From contig NC_081396.1 of NCBI RefSeq assembly GCF_030684315.1, forward strand, positions 2,170,001-2,234,000: 64,000 bases of DNA, read 5' to 3'. Positions 10,886 through 22,773 of the stretch are shown in pieces. The stretch's first letter is position 1. Every line of letters starts with the position of its first letter. The notes under the pieces are model-generated. The model was not told the origin of the DNA. It ran no database searches and saw only the letters and a program-made list of their open reading frames with translations. The DNA is from Stegostoma tigrinum (Eukaryota). The translations under genes were made by a program, and so were the position numbers.

Positions 10886-13316
10886 AGATTCTCTGACTGT
10901 GTCTATGGGATAAATTCGGATTATTTTTAACACGACTTATCAACACGAAATCTTGATTTTAATTTTTGTTTCTAGTCTTTTCTTTAAGAAAGGTAAATCC
11001 AAACAAATATTCCAACATCAATGACACATCTGGTTTTCGAATCCGTATTTCAAAATGTGGTCCATGTGCATTCTATCACTGGTCCAGGAAGCTCCAGGCC
11101 CAGTTAATTCTGAACTTTATATTACACTCAATCTTCTGAACATGCACAAACAATTTGCTGATTTTGACAGCACCAATATTTATATGTCACATATAATCCT
11201 GCATTCCTTGCTCAATCCTGTTGTTTGCCTGTTCGACCCACTTCAGGTGTCAGTGGTTCTCTTCTGTTGAAATGTAATTGGTATATAATTATATTTCTCT
11301 TAAAATATCCGCCTATTCGTTTAGTAATAATTGACGTGGAGACACTCATAAGTAAGTTTTTTTTTAATTCATTGCACTTAAGCTATACATCATTTAAAAT
11401 ATTTTTATTCAATCACTTCCTGGTTCTGCATATTCAGAGAAGAGAGTTCCAAACTGTTCAGACGCTTTCAGGATACTAATGTTTGCTGGAAACTCTTTCA
11501 GCCACAGCCTACACCATCGTAGATCATGTATGATCATGTAAAAATTGGAAGCTCCGAAGGACATTCTGCCCCCAAGCCGGCTCTGCCATTGTGTATAATG
11601 GTGCCTGATACTCCCATTGCTGATTGAATATACCGATTTGCCCGGGTGAGGAACTGTTCAAAAATGCACAAGTAATTCGATATCTTCTAGAAAATCGGGC
11701 AGATTGTTACGCAATGAATCTAGAAACGTTCACTCTCTGCATAATAGATACTCAATAGCAGAAGTATGGACCGTCTACAGGATGCACTGCGTAAACATAT
11801 AAAACTGGAACACGGCTGAAAATCTCCGAGCATATGAACAAATTTTGTTTGTTGTAGGAACAAACGATAATTATTTGAATAGCAGAAGGGGTTCCGTTTT
11901 AGTAAGTTACCAGTCTGTTTGATACTTTGCTTATGCGTGTCACCTTGATACATGATTACATCTGTGCCTCCAATAGTGTTTTCCCAGGTAAGTGCTACTT
12001 TACAAACAGTATCTCCTTCGCTGCGAAGTTTTCTTATTTGAGCTAAATATAATGTCAGCTTTAGCACTTTGAATGGGGCCCGATCCCGTACTCTATCTAA
12101 CTTCTTATGCATATAACTGCGCTTTTTCTCTTAATGTTTCACCAGTACATGATTCCCACTGGTCGAGTCGGTGCCCCCTGAAACAACACAATGATCACGC
12201 AATTAATAAATGATCAAGATCCTATTCATGTCTGCATAACAATTGATTCTGATTGCACTGATTGCCGAATCTGATCCTGTCTCTGTGTGCATTATACCTT
12301 GTGGATTTCTGCAGTTATAACTGAATTTAGAACTATTTATTTCATGAGACTGGACACTGAACCAGCTGGCACGATGACAGCTGTGTCATTGGTTGTGCTG
12401 AACTTCGCTTCACCAATTGTGTCTTTTTCTTTTTGTTGATATTACGTACACTCTGTCTCTGTTAACAATAAGCCACAACATGTCTCTGCTTCTTTTGAAC
12501 CAGAATACATCTGAGTTGTTGTTTCTCTCGGCTGTGTCAATGGCATTAATTGTTACTGAAATGTTACAGACCTCTTTTGACGTTTCGCAAATTGTGTCCT
12601 TGTGCACATTCCAGATGATTTTATCCCATTTGCTACTGCACCAGATGATGAATATTTCTGCAATACATGAAACATGCTTATGTTGCAGTATTAAATATTG
12701 ACACCGGTCAACTGTTCCTGCTACAGAAGCTCTGAACAGAAGCTTCACCACTTGCATGGCCTTCCTGCACTTCCGATTGATCTCATCAATTGAAGGATAT
12801 TTTTCAGGCTCACATTGGTCAAAGTTTGCACTTGAGAGTCACCTCCACGTTCAACTGAAATTTTATGGAATTGTTTGAGCAGTTTCTTCGCATTTGGCAC
12901 TGGAACATAAATTAATAAACACAAAGGATGAAGCACATTGACGCTGAAAATAGAGATTAAACTGAGAAATAAGATAAATGAGAATTGGGGAAGAAAAAGT
13001 TCTTATGATGGGGACCCTGTTCAATGTTTTCCATTGGTGGATTTAATTGACAAAGACTGAAAGTCATGTTCTGGGAAGTTGGACGAACAAAGAAATTACA
13101 ACGAGATTGCCAAAAACATGAAATATAATCATTTATTTTCGTGGAAGGCAAGAAGTAGTGAATTAATCTGCTTGTGCAGCGAAATGTCAGTAAGAAGCTT
13201 GTTGTGTCTTAATTGTCCCTCAAGAGATTATCGCTCAAAATAATTGAGGGCCCATTTGAAAGTGCCACAGAGGAAACTTCCACAGCAACAACAGCTCCTA
13301 CAGTTTATGAAAGACG

Positions 13317-15607
13317 ATGCACGAACCAGTCATTGCCCCCTTCTTTGTCATTTGTTGTTTAATTCTCGCTGTGTTTGGTGCCCCTGGTAACGCACTCATG
13401 CTTCAGAAAATTATTTTTGTAATTGTGTATTTCCAGAAATATATTCTTTCCCTTTCAGGATTTGGCAGAATTTTTGCAACATGCAGCATTTCCAGTTTAA
13501 GGGAATCCAACTGGTCTCCAGTGTGTATAATAGTTTATGGGACACTATCTGAGCTGTGGCAATTCATCGTGTATTACTGAAAATTTGATTTTTATGAAAG
13601 CCAATGCGTTCTTGAATGTCAAATGTTCTGTGCTTACAAAAAAAATAGTCTCTTATACGCTGAATGACGAATTGTGATGATTGAGCATGCATGATTATTA
13701 AGCTGCACTATTGCCATATCCCAAATTGCATTCCAATTGAGCAAAATGAAACTTGGCGTTGTAGTCCATTGTAGGATTAATAGTTTATCAGAATGCAGCA
13801 AAATCTCGTTCTGACCATGTATCATATCTGGAGTTCCCAATAATCGTGGCATTGTTCATGTCATTTTCGGAATAACTTAGATGTTCGTTTAAAAGTGTGA
13901 ATATGCAAAATTTTCAAGCTCTCATTAATTGGCTCCTCTATTACAAGGTCCCCCATATTTGACATAATTATATTTTTGAAATACAATTACCCAGAAAAAA
14001 TTGCTTCAGAATTATTCGGAGCAGCAATTGCACATCCTATCACAGCATGTCACTTTATGTTGCAAATATCACAGGAAAATTAGTGAACAAGTTTAATCCG
14101 AAGACGAATGAGATATTGCGAAACAAAAGTTCTAAAAGGGACTTCTGAAAGAAGGGGACAGAAGTAGAACCGCTGAGTGGAGAACTCCAGTGATTTGGGC
14201 TTTACTAGTTAATCTGTTCCTGACAGAGTTGAAAGTATCAATGAGAGCGATGCACGGGAGACATCAGCACAGTTAAGAATAGAATTCAGGCAGTTGTATG
14301 ATGGTGCAGGAACATATGTGGAGAGAATCTGGAGCATGTGAAAACTCAAAGGACCAGATTGGTCATCGCTAATGAGGATGCAACGTTCATGAAGGTTTGT
14401 GGGTGACAGTATATCTGGGGCTTCAAATAAATAGGTTCATGAGCACCACATTATTCCATTCATTCTAAGGTAAGAAGTTGGTTCAGGAAATTTTCTAAGT
14501 GATGAAACAGCGATGTCAATTCTTGTGACTTATTGCATTGATAGAGTTTTGACGCTACATTGGATGTCAATCACTTGTCAGTTTTTCCACAACAGGCAGA
14601 GACTTGAAGTGGCAGGGGGTTGGTTGAAAATTGTTTCATAAAAGATTGTATGAAGGATGTTTGGAACCAGTTCCACAATGTCTTTCTCTTTTGATCTCTC
14701 ACAGCCAACTTGCTTGCTGTCATAATCCTATCTCGAGGACGATGCGGTCTTTCCCAATGCATCACTTTCTACCTGGTGGCGATTGCAGTCACTGATTTTC
14801 TTGTCATCATCACTGCAGTAATCTTCAACCGAATCAGCCGCATGTACTTCCGAGAAAGTGTTTTGTCCACCACTCCTGCGTGCACTTTCAGCGTTTTGCT
14901 GGCCTATATCATTCGGGATTGCTCAGTCTGGCTGACTGTCGCCTTTACCATTGACCGTTCAGTGGCCATCTGCTTCCAGAATTTGAAGACCAGATACTGG
15001 ACAGAGAAAACTGCATCTTTGGTCATCGGAATAATCTCTGCCCTGTGTTGCATCAAGAACATCCCATTCTACTTTATCTATGAACCCTTATACATCTTCG
15101 ATGAGGTGTCCTGGTTTTGCAATGTAAAAGCCATCTTCTATATTTGGCCAGCTTGGCAGGCTTATGATTGGTTCTTCCAGATCTAAACTACTTTTCTCCC
15201 ATTCTTTGTCATTCTGATGCTTAATACCCTGACGATGAAACAAATCCTAGCAGCCAACAGAGCTCGCAGGAGACTCCAAGGTGCAGAGATGCAACAAGAC
15301 CCAAAGATGGCCAACCGCAGGAGGTCTATTACTCTTCTGTTCACCATCTCTCTCAGCTTCCTCCTACTGTGGGCACCTCTTGTCGGGCATTTCATTTTTA
15401 CACAGCTTAAAGCGAAGAGCTACTTTGGTGGTCTGAATTTTAGTGATCCGCAGTATATCTTCCAAGAGATGACCAACGCTTCTTCAGTTACTAAGTTCCT
15501 GCAACAACGTCTTTATTTATGCAATCTCTCAGAATACGTTTCGACAGGAGCTAAAGATCATTCTGATATACCCCTTTGTCATCCTCATCAATTGTTTTAA
15601 GCAGTGA
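13317..15607 (+). pseudogene. GPR139/GPR142-like class A GPCR pseudogene (exons 13317-13386 and 14705-15607)
   Basis: Same exon structure as 53541-55833, but TAC>TAA at 15184-15186 and a +1 frameshift near 15478. Confidence 0.9.
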
Positions 15608-15889
15608 GAGGAGAAATTGCAATAGAGAGAGTGCATGAAGCTGAACGTAGATAAAGACCAAAGTACGCTATCAGAAGCTGATAAGATGCCACTGACTGAT
15701 GCGAAACCAACACAGGCGATTGTTTAATACGAGATGATTGGCACTAATGCAGAAAACTACCAGAAGATAGAGATGCACAGCCAGAGACATACACAGAAAC
15801 CCGGGCTCCACGGTATACCCTAAGTGGGCAGATACAGTTCTATTTCATCACATAGACTGTTCGAGGATTCTTTCAGCATTACATTGACA

Positions 15890-17385
15890 GTTTAAAACCA
15901 TAATCGTCAGAAAGCACGTATTTATGTCTGTGCATTGACGTGATTACACTGATTTTTCTGAGAACTTTACCAGCCGCTCGGAGGACAACCAATATGTTGT
16001 CATTATTTAATGATGGTGAGAGGGATAAACAATAAATTTGCAGACCAGTCTCTCTAAGTTCAGTGGTGGGGAAAATTCCGGAATCAATTCTGAGAGATAG
16101 AAATAATGTGCACTTGCAGAAGTACAGATTAACTAAGAACAGAGAGCAGGGTTTTGTGAAGGGGAGGTCACAGCTGACCCACTTGATTGCATTATTCGAA
16201 GCGGTGACTAAGTGTGTAGAGGAGAGCATTGCATTTGGTAGGGACTACTTGGACTTCAGTAACGAGTTTGATCAGTTCCCCATAGGAGACTCATAAACAA
16301 GGTAAGAATCCGTGGAATTTAAGGACGTTTCGCTGTTTTGATGCAGAAATGAGTGAGGGACAGAAACCAGTGTGTGTGCTTCAGTGTGCCCTTGAGACGG
16401 CTAGCCTGTTTTCAGTGGGTTCTGCAGGGATTAATGTTGGAAAGCATCTGACTGCAGCTTATATAAACGTTTTAAACATGAGTGTTCCGGGTGTTGATCA
16501 GTGATTTCTTGAATGATTTGGAAATTTGTGACATGAAAAATGGCGGGAAAGATAGTCTCAGATTTCAGGAGGAGATTGATGGGAGTGTCAGATCGACTGA
16601 CCAGAGGCAAATGAAATTCGAACTTCATAAATGTGAGATAATGCACGGGGACAGGGAAAAAAAACAAGGCAAGTGAACACATGAGGACACATAGGACATT
16701 GGGAAGTACTAAATACCAGTGAAATATTTGCATGCATGCCCATTGATCCTTTTATGTGATGGGGTAGTTACAAAAGTAAATGGGATACTTGCTTTTATTA
16801 ACAGAATTGTAGAGCTTAGAGTAGTGAGGTCATAACGAAATTGCATTATGATAGGCCACAGGTAAATTATTGGTTTCAGTTTTTGAATCCTTAACAGAGA
16901 TGGAATTGATTTGCTCTAGAGAATGTGCAGAGGAGATTTGGTACCTGTTGACTGGGCTGGGGGTTATAGATATAAAGAAAGTATGGATTTCCTTTGGAGT
17001 ATAGAGGACTGGGGCATAAAGGTCGGCATATATGAAATTATAAGGGTTGTGGGTCGAAAGGACAGGCATGGATGTTTCCGATTGTTTGACATTTCAATGC
17101 ATGAATGTCAGGTAAAACGGAACAGGTACAGAAAAAATGCGAAGAAATTTTTCAGCCAGAGGATTTTCAGAACCCAAATTGTCTTGGAGGGTGTCAAGCC
17201 AAAAGTCTTGATAATATTCGATAAATGTTTCCACATGCACCTCTGATCGAAAGTCATTCAAGGCAATTGAAAAAACTGTTCAAACGTGAGATTGGAATAG
17301 TTCAATGCTCCTCATTGAACAGTACAGTTTTGATGGTGCAAAAGACGTTTTGCTGTGCTGTAAACGGCTTTGACTGTATGACTCT
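15890..17385 (+). mobile_element. CR1-like LINE RT remnant
   Basis: RPVSLSSVVGKIPESILRD, QGFVKGRSQLTHLI, YLDFSNEFDQ, plus a 3' tail. Confidence 0.88.
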
Positions 17386-17420
17386 GTATATCAATATGCG
17401 TGTGCCTGTGTCTAAACGTC

Positions 17421-17615
17421 NNNNNNNNNNNNNNNNNNNNNNNNNNNNNNNNNNNNNNNNNNNNNNNNNNNNNNNNNNNNNNNNNNNNNNNNNNNNNNNN
17501 NNNNNNNNNNNNNNNNNNNNNNNNNNNNNNNNNNNNNNNNNNNNNNNNNNNNNNNGTGAGAGAGCAAAATAGAGAGAGAGAGAGGGGGGAGAGAGATGGG
17601 TAGATAAATAGAGAT

Positions 17616-17646
<31 letters not shown>

Positions 17647-17660
17647 GACAGTCTCTCTCA
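17421..17660. repeat. Assembly gap (17421-17555) adjoining a (GA)n microsatellite
   Basis: 135 N followed by a GA-rich simple repeat; homologous gap at 57671-57809. Confidence 0.95.
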
Positions 17661-18595
17661 GAGTTGGCTGAGATAAAAGTTACAACGGTTGGAAAGCTTC
17701 ATCTGGGGTGGCTGTCGATAGATCAATCAGGCCACAGTTTATTTCCTGATTATATCACCTTATATATTTTGTGGTCCAGTGCCAGACTCTGGCATATTTT
17801 AGCTGCTACACTGGCACAACTTGGCACAAAAAGGCCAGCAAAATATAGGGCCATACAGTGCGTATTTATTATGCTCCTGAAGCTCCTCCGTGAAATAAAT
17901 TTTAGAAAATTCCATCTTCATCCCTGACACTTGTGGAGAATTCCATTAATGTAAATGTGGGCTGCATGTCTGGGGGCTGTATGTATCAGTGTAATATGCA
18001 ACATCTCTATGTTGTCTCAGAGGAGCAGGTCATCGATGCCACTGTCACTTCTGTTCCAAAGTTTTTGAGCAGAGCGATGATTCACAGAGTCTCCGTTACT
18101 TGGATCTGAAACAATTGAGAATTTATGCTTCTTTTTTTTTCTCTCATATATAAGAACACTGGGTTCATGGAATGCCCAAGTTTGGTGCTTTTATAGAGAA
18201 CTCAGAGTCACGTTAACATCACGTACTTGTCAGAAACCCGCCATAAATAAACCAAATGATGAGTATTTGCAATGTGAAATGACTGATGGGTGTTGGGAGG
18301 TGATAATTCTAAATTGCACACACACAAATTGTTCAGATATCTGCGCATGTGCTCAGTTGAACTTCCTGTGTTGCAATTGGTTCGGTGAGACAGCAGTTGG
18401 ACCTCAGTGGATGGAAACAGCTTGAGATAGATTGCAGGCAGATCCCTTACACCCGACATCCAACTCAAATTTTCTCCCTCACAATACAAACACAGAACTC
18501 ATTGGGAACAACAAATGTTAAAGTTTTCCCACTGAATTAATCTCACACCTAAATATCTCAACTGCCTGCTCACTCACATCCACGCTCACAAGCAA

Positions 18596-19122
18596 GGGCA
18601 GTGTGGTGACTTTGAGGTTCGCACTGTTGCCCCACAGTGCTTAGAACACAGGACACAGAACAATACAGCACAGAACAGGCCCTTCACCCCTCAATGTTAC
18701 CCACTCTGTGAACTAATCCATGCCCCTCCCCCTACACCATCCCATCATCATCCATATGCTTATCCAAGGACTGTTTAAATGCCCCTGATGTGGCTGAGTT
18801 AACTACATTTGCAGGCAGGGCGTTCCACGTACCACTACGCATTTTCAATATCCACGTGAGGGAGCTGTATGATGTTTGCACATTCTTCTCATGTTTTTGT
18901 GGGTTTCCACCGGGTGTCCCAGTTTCAACCCACAGTCCTCAGCTTTGCAGGGTAAGTAAATAAGCAATGCTAAATTCTCTGTAGTGGCCATGAAAAAGTA
19001 GGCAAGGGGAATTAGCAATGGGAAATGCAGAGATAGGGTAAGGGGGATGGATCTAGGTGGGAAGCTCTTCATAGAGTTGGCGTGGATTTTTTGGGCTCAA
19101 TGGCTTTTTTGTACACTGTACG
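18596..19122 (+). mobile_element. HE1-type V-SINE interrupted by a CR1 3' fragment (~18650-18840, minus)
   Basis: tRNA-like head, V-domain gtttgcacattcttc...gtgggtttccaccgggtgtccc, and a CR1-derived tail. Confidence 0.75.
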
Positions 19123-19599
19123 CAGTCTCCAGTGAATGGATCAGCAGCTCGTGGCGTCACACAGCACACAACTGCTTCGAAACAGACAACTGTCAAAACC
19201 CAAAATGAAAGCAAAGTGCCGGGAAAAGGACAATAAAGTTGCGTTAAAAGACGTTTCCACTACTTTTGAAGAACGACCAAAAATGCTAAAATGTTTGCAC
19301 AATCAAATCAGCCTCATTGAACGCAACGGATACATATAACTGAAAAAAGGAAACAGTTCCAGAAACCAGAAAAAGCTTCTGATAACAGAATGACGCCTCA
19401 GTAAAGTAAAGTGCTTGTTTTGAGGCCTCACCAAACTAGTAGGGCTTGAATGAAATCTTTCTGGGATGAAATACATGAGATACAATAACCTCACAGTTCA
19501 GTTTCTGAGAAAAGCAAGGTCTTTGCAGATTTGAATGGAGACATTTCAACAGTGCAACCACATCTCAAAGTTCGGTTCCATGCAAAATTCAGAAGTAGA

Positions 19600-19878
19600 A
19601 TCCGTGCAGTGTTGGGACAGGCCCTTCAGCCGAACTAGTCAACAACTGCCCTCAAAGCCTCTCATCCAGACACATGCCCCGATTCTACGCATCTCTACCC
19701 CCTATATCCTATTTAGAATGGCCAATTCAACTCGCTTAATCAGCTATGGACAGCGGGACGAAATCCATACAGACACACGGTGAAGTGCAAACTCCACACA
19801 GACAGTCGCCCAAGTTGGGACTGAACCCGGATGTGTACTTTTGTGAGACAGTGCTTACCGCTGGGCTACTGTACTGCA
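19600..19878 (-). mobile_element. HE1-type V-SINE
   Basis: Minus strand ...gggcgactgtctgtgtggagtttgcac... V-SINE core with a tRNA-derived head. Confidence 0.82.
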
Positions 19879-19879
19879 C

Positions 19880-19951
19880 AGAAAGGACAGGATTTGATCC
19901 TGCCACTTCACACGTACAAAGCAAGCTCTCGGTAATTTGAGCTAATTCCCT
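19880..19951 (-). pseudogene. tRNA-Ala-like pseudogene
   Basis: Minus strand gggaattagctcaaatt..gagagcttgctttgtacgtgtgaagtggcaggatcaaatcctg aligns to vertebrate tRNA-Ala; the anticodon and T-loop are degenerate. Confidence 0.72.
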
Positions 19952-20303
19952 TAACCTTGCAGCTGATTGCAACTGAGCTGTTTACTTTTACCAGTCACGT
20001 CTAACTCAAATGAATGATTTAACTTTGCAAGTTTGACACAGATTGATGACTGCTGCTGGAAATGATAGATTGCATGTAAAAAAGAAATCAGTTGCCCAGA
20101 CTTCATTCTCTTCATGACGATTGGATAATCTAGTGTTCTGCCTCCTGCAGGTCCATTTTTCCATCAAAAAATCACAACCTTCCCCACCCAGATGAATGTG
20201 TCAAATGAGAGATAATGGGAACTGCAGATGCTGGTGAATCCAAGACAACAAAATGTGAGGCTGGATGAACACAATAGGCCAAGCAGCATCTCAGGAGCAC
20301 AAA

Positions 20304-20337
20304 AGCTGACGTTTCGGGCCTAGACCCTTCATCAGAG
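20304..20337 (-). ncRNA. Minimal hammerhead ribozyme core in PLE pLTR (1)
   Basis: Minus strand CTGATGA-a-gggtc-ta-ggccc-GAAAC-GTC-ag: conserved core, stem II and GUC cleavage triplet. Confidence 0.75.
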
Positions 20338-20678
20338 AGGGGGATGGGGTGAGGGTTCTGGAATAAATAGGTAGAGAGGAGAAGGCGGACCAAAGATAGA
20401 GAGAAAAGAAGATCGGTTTAGAGAGTACAGGCGGGGAGGTAGGGAGGGGAGACGTCAGTCCAGGGAAGACGGACAGGTCAAGGAGGTGGGTTGAGGTTAG
20501 TAGGTAGGAGATGGGGGTGCGGCATGGGGTAGGAGGAAGGGATGGGTGAGAGGAAGAACAGGTTAGGGAGGCAGAGAGAGCTTGGACTGGTTTTGGGATG
20601 CAGTGGGTGGAGGGGAAGAGCTGGGCTGGTTGTGTGGTGCAGTGGGGGGAGGGGACGAACTGGGCTGGTTTAGGGATG

Positions 20679-22773
20679 CCAAGATAATAAAATGTGAGGC
20701 TGGATGAACACAGCAGGCCAAGCAGCATCTCAGGAGCACAAAAGCTGACGTTTCGGGCCTAGACCCTTCATCAGACAGGGGGATGGGGAGAGGGAACTGG
20801 AATAAATAGGGAGAGAGGGGGAGGCGGACCGAAGATGGAGAGTAAAGAAGATAGGTGGAGAGAGTATAGGTGGGGAGGTAGGGAGGGGATAGGTCAGTCC
20901 AGGGAAGACGGACAGGTCAAGGAGGTGGGATGAGGTTAGTAGGTAGCTGGGGGTGCGGCTTGGGGTGGGAGGAAGGGATGGGTGAGAGGAAGAGCCAGTT
21001 AGGGAGGCAGAGACAGGTTGGACTGGTTTTGGGATGCAGTGTGTGGCGGGGAAGAGCTGGGCCGGTTGTGTGGTGCAGTGGGGGGAGGGGACGAACTAGG
21101 CTGGTTTAGGGATGCAGTAGGGGAAGGGGAGATTTTGAAACTGGTGAAGTCCACATTGATACCATGTGGCTGCAGGGTTCCCAGGCGGAATATGAGTTGC
21201 TGTTCCTGCAACCTTCGGGTGGCATCATTGTGGCACTGCAGGAGGCCATGATGGAAATGTAATCTAAAGAATTAGAGGGAGCGTGAAAATGGTTTGCGAC
21301 TGGGAGGTGCAGTTGTTTGTTGCGAACAAAGCGGAGGTGTTCTGCAAAGCGGTCCCCAAGCATCAGCTTGGTTTCCCCAATGTAGAGGAGGGCTCAACGG
21401 GTACAGTGGATGCAGTATACCACATTGGCAGATGTGCAGGTGAACCTCTGCTTAATGTGGTAAGTCATCTTGGGGCCTGGGTTAGGGGTGAGGGAGGAGG
21501 TGTGGGGGTAAGTGTAGCATTTCCTGCGGTTGCAGGGGAAGGTGCCGGGTGTGGTGGGGTTGGAGGGCAATGTGGAGCGAACAAGGGAGTCACGGAGAGA
21601 GAGGTCTCTCTGGAAAGCAGACAGGGGTGGGGATGGAAAAATGTCTTGGGTGGTGGGGTCGGACCTCTACACCCAGAATATTCAGACCATTCAGAAGTGT
21701 TTCTCCCTGCGAGTCCTGAAACAGACACTCGCAGCCATGCGCCGGCACCTCCACAGACTGCAATCCAGCCTGCCGCAGCTCAGAGCCTCCCTCTCCCAGA
21801 CCTGCAAAGGGCCTCTGCTGTTTTTTATTGTCCGCAGGATCCACAGACTGAACACCCAGTTTTACTCAGCTTTACTGGACACCAAAAATCTTCAGTACAA
21901 AAAACTCACTGGCCCCTGCCACACACAAGAGGATTCCTGCGCCTGCCAAATCCCGAGTCTGTCCTTGCCCCTCGCCCACCATGCACCCGCCGCCCTTGAC
22001 CATGAGGACACGGCCGGAGTCCCCACCGATGACGTCTCATCCGCATCCGCCGGCCAACTGCTTCCGGGACCGCTGCTGCAGTCACCACCTCCACTTCCAG
22101 TCACAACACCTCACACACCAGCCTCACCGTAGCTGCTGCCGCTGACCCCGATACTCCAACCGCCGACGGAACCCCGCCCACGGCCGACGCCGACGGAACC
22201 CCGCCCACGGCCGACGCCAACAGAACCCTGCGCACGGCCGACGCCAACGGAACCCCGCCCACGACTGACGACCTCATTGCTCCGCCCACAACCTCCACAG
22301 CCAGCAAGCCTCGAGGAGACAGCCACACTGAACCCTGCCGCATCTTCACCATGCCCCCAGACCTCCCACTGACTAAGGACGAACGGTCAGTCCTTAGTAA
22401 GGGGCTCACCTTTGCCCCCCTACAACCACACATCAACGAATCCCAGTCACGATTGGACATAGAGCAGTTTTTCCGCCACCTTCGCCTCCACGCCTATTTC
22501 TTCAACCGGGAGCCTAACCCTCCCTCCACTGACCCCTTCACCCGCTTCCAAGACAAGTCCTCCTCCTGGACACCACCCCCAGGCCTCCTACTTTCCCTCG
22601 ACCTCTTCATCTCCAACTGCCATCGAGACATTAACCGCCTCAACCTCTCCACCCCTCTCACCCACTCCAACCTCTCCCCTGCGGAACGGGCAGCCCTCCC
22701 CTTCCTCCGCTCCAACCCCAACCTCACCATCAAACCCCAGACAATGGTGGCGCAGTGGTAGTTTGGCACACTG
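20679..22773. repeat. Left arm of a ~2.1-kb inverted repeat (partner 23919-26014)
   Basis: Reverse-complement match throughout, including the internal 3'/5' inversion junction ggggtcggacctctacacc and the 27-bp ADGTPPTAD repeats (22162-22263 vs 24428-24532). Confidence 0.93.
20743..20776 (-). ncRNA. Minimal hammerhead ribozyme core in PLE pLTR (2)
   Basis: Same core in the tandem pLTR copy. Confidence 0.75.

Noticed and set aside
11990-12700. Faint Ig-like fragments (minus MYW..LYLAQIRKLRSE; plus YLSC..DDEHFC)
   Set aside because: Multiple stops, inconsistent frames and no RSS; not distinguishable from chance by eye.
19880-19951. Functional tRNA gene
   Set aside because: The acceptor and anticodon stems and the T-loop are mismatched and differ between copies; recorded as a pseudogene.
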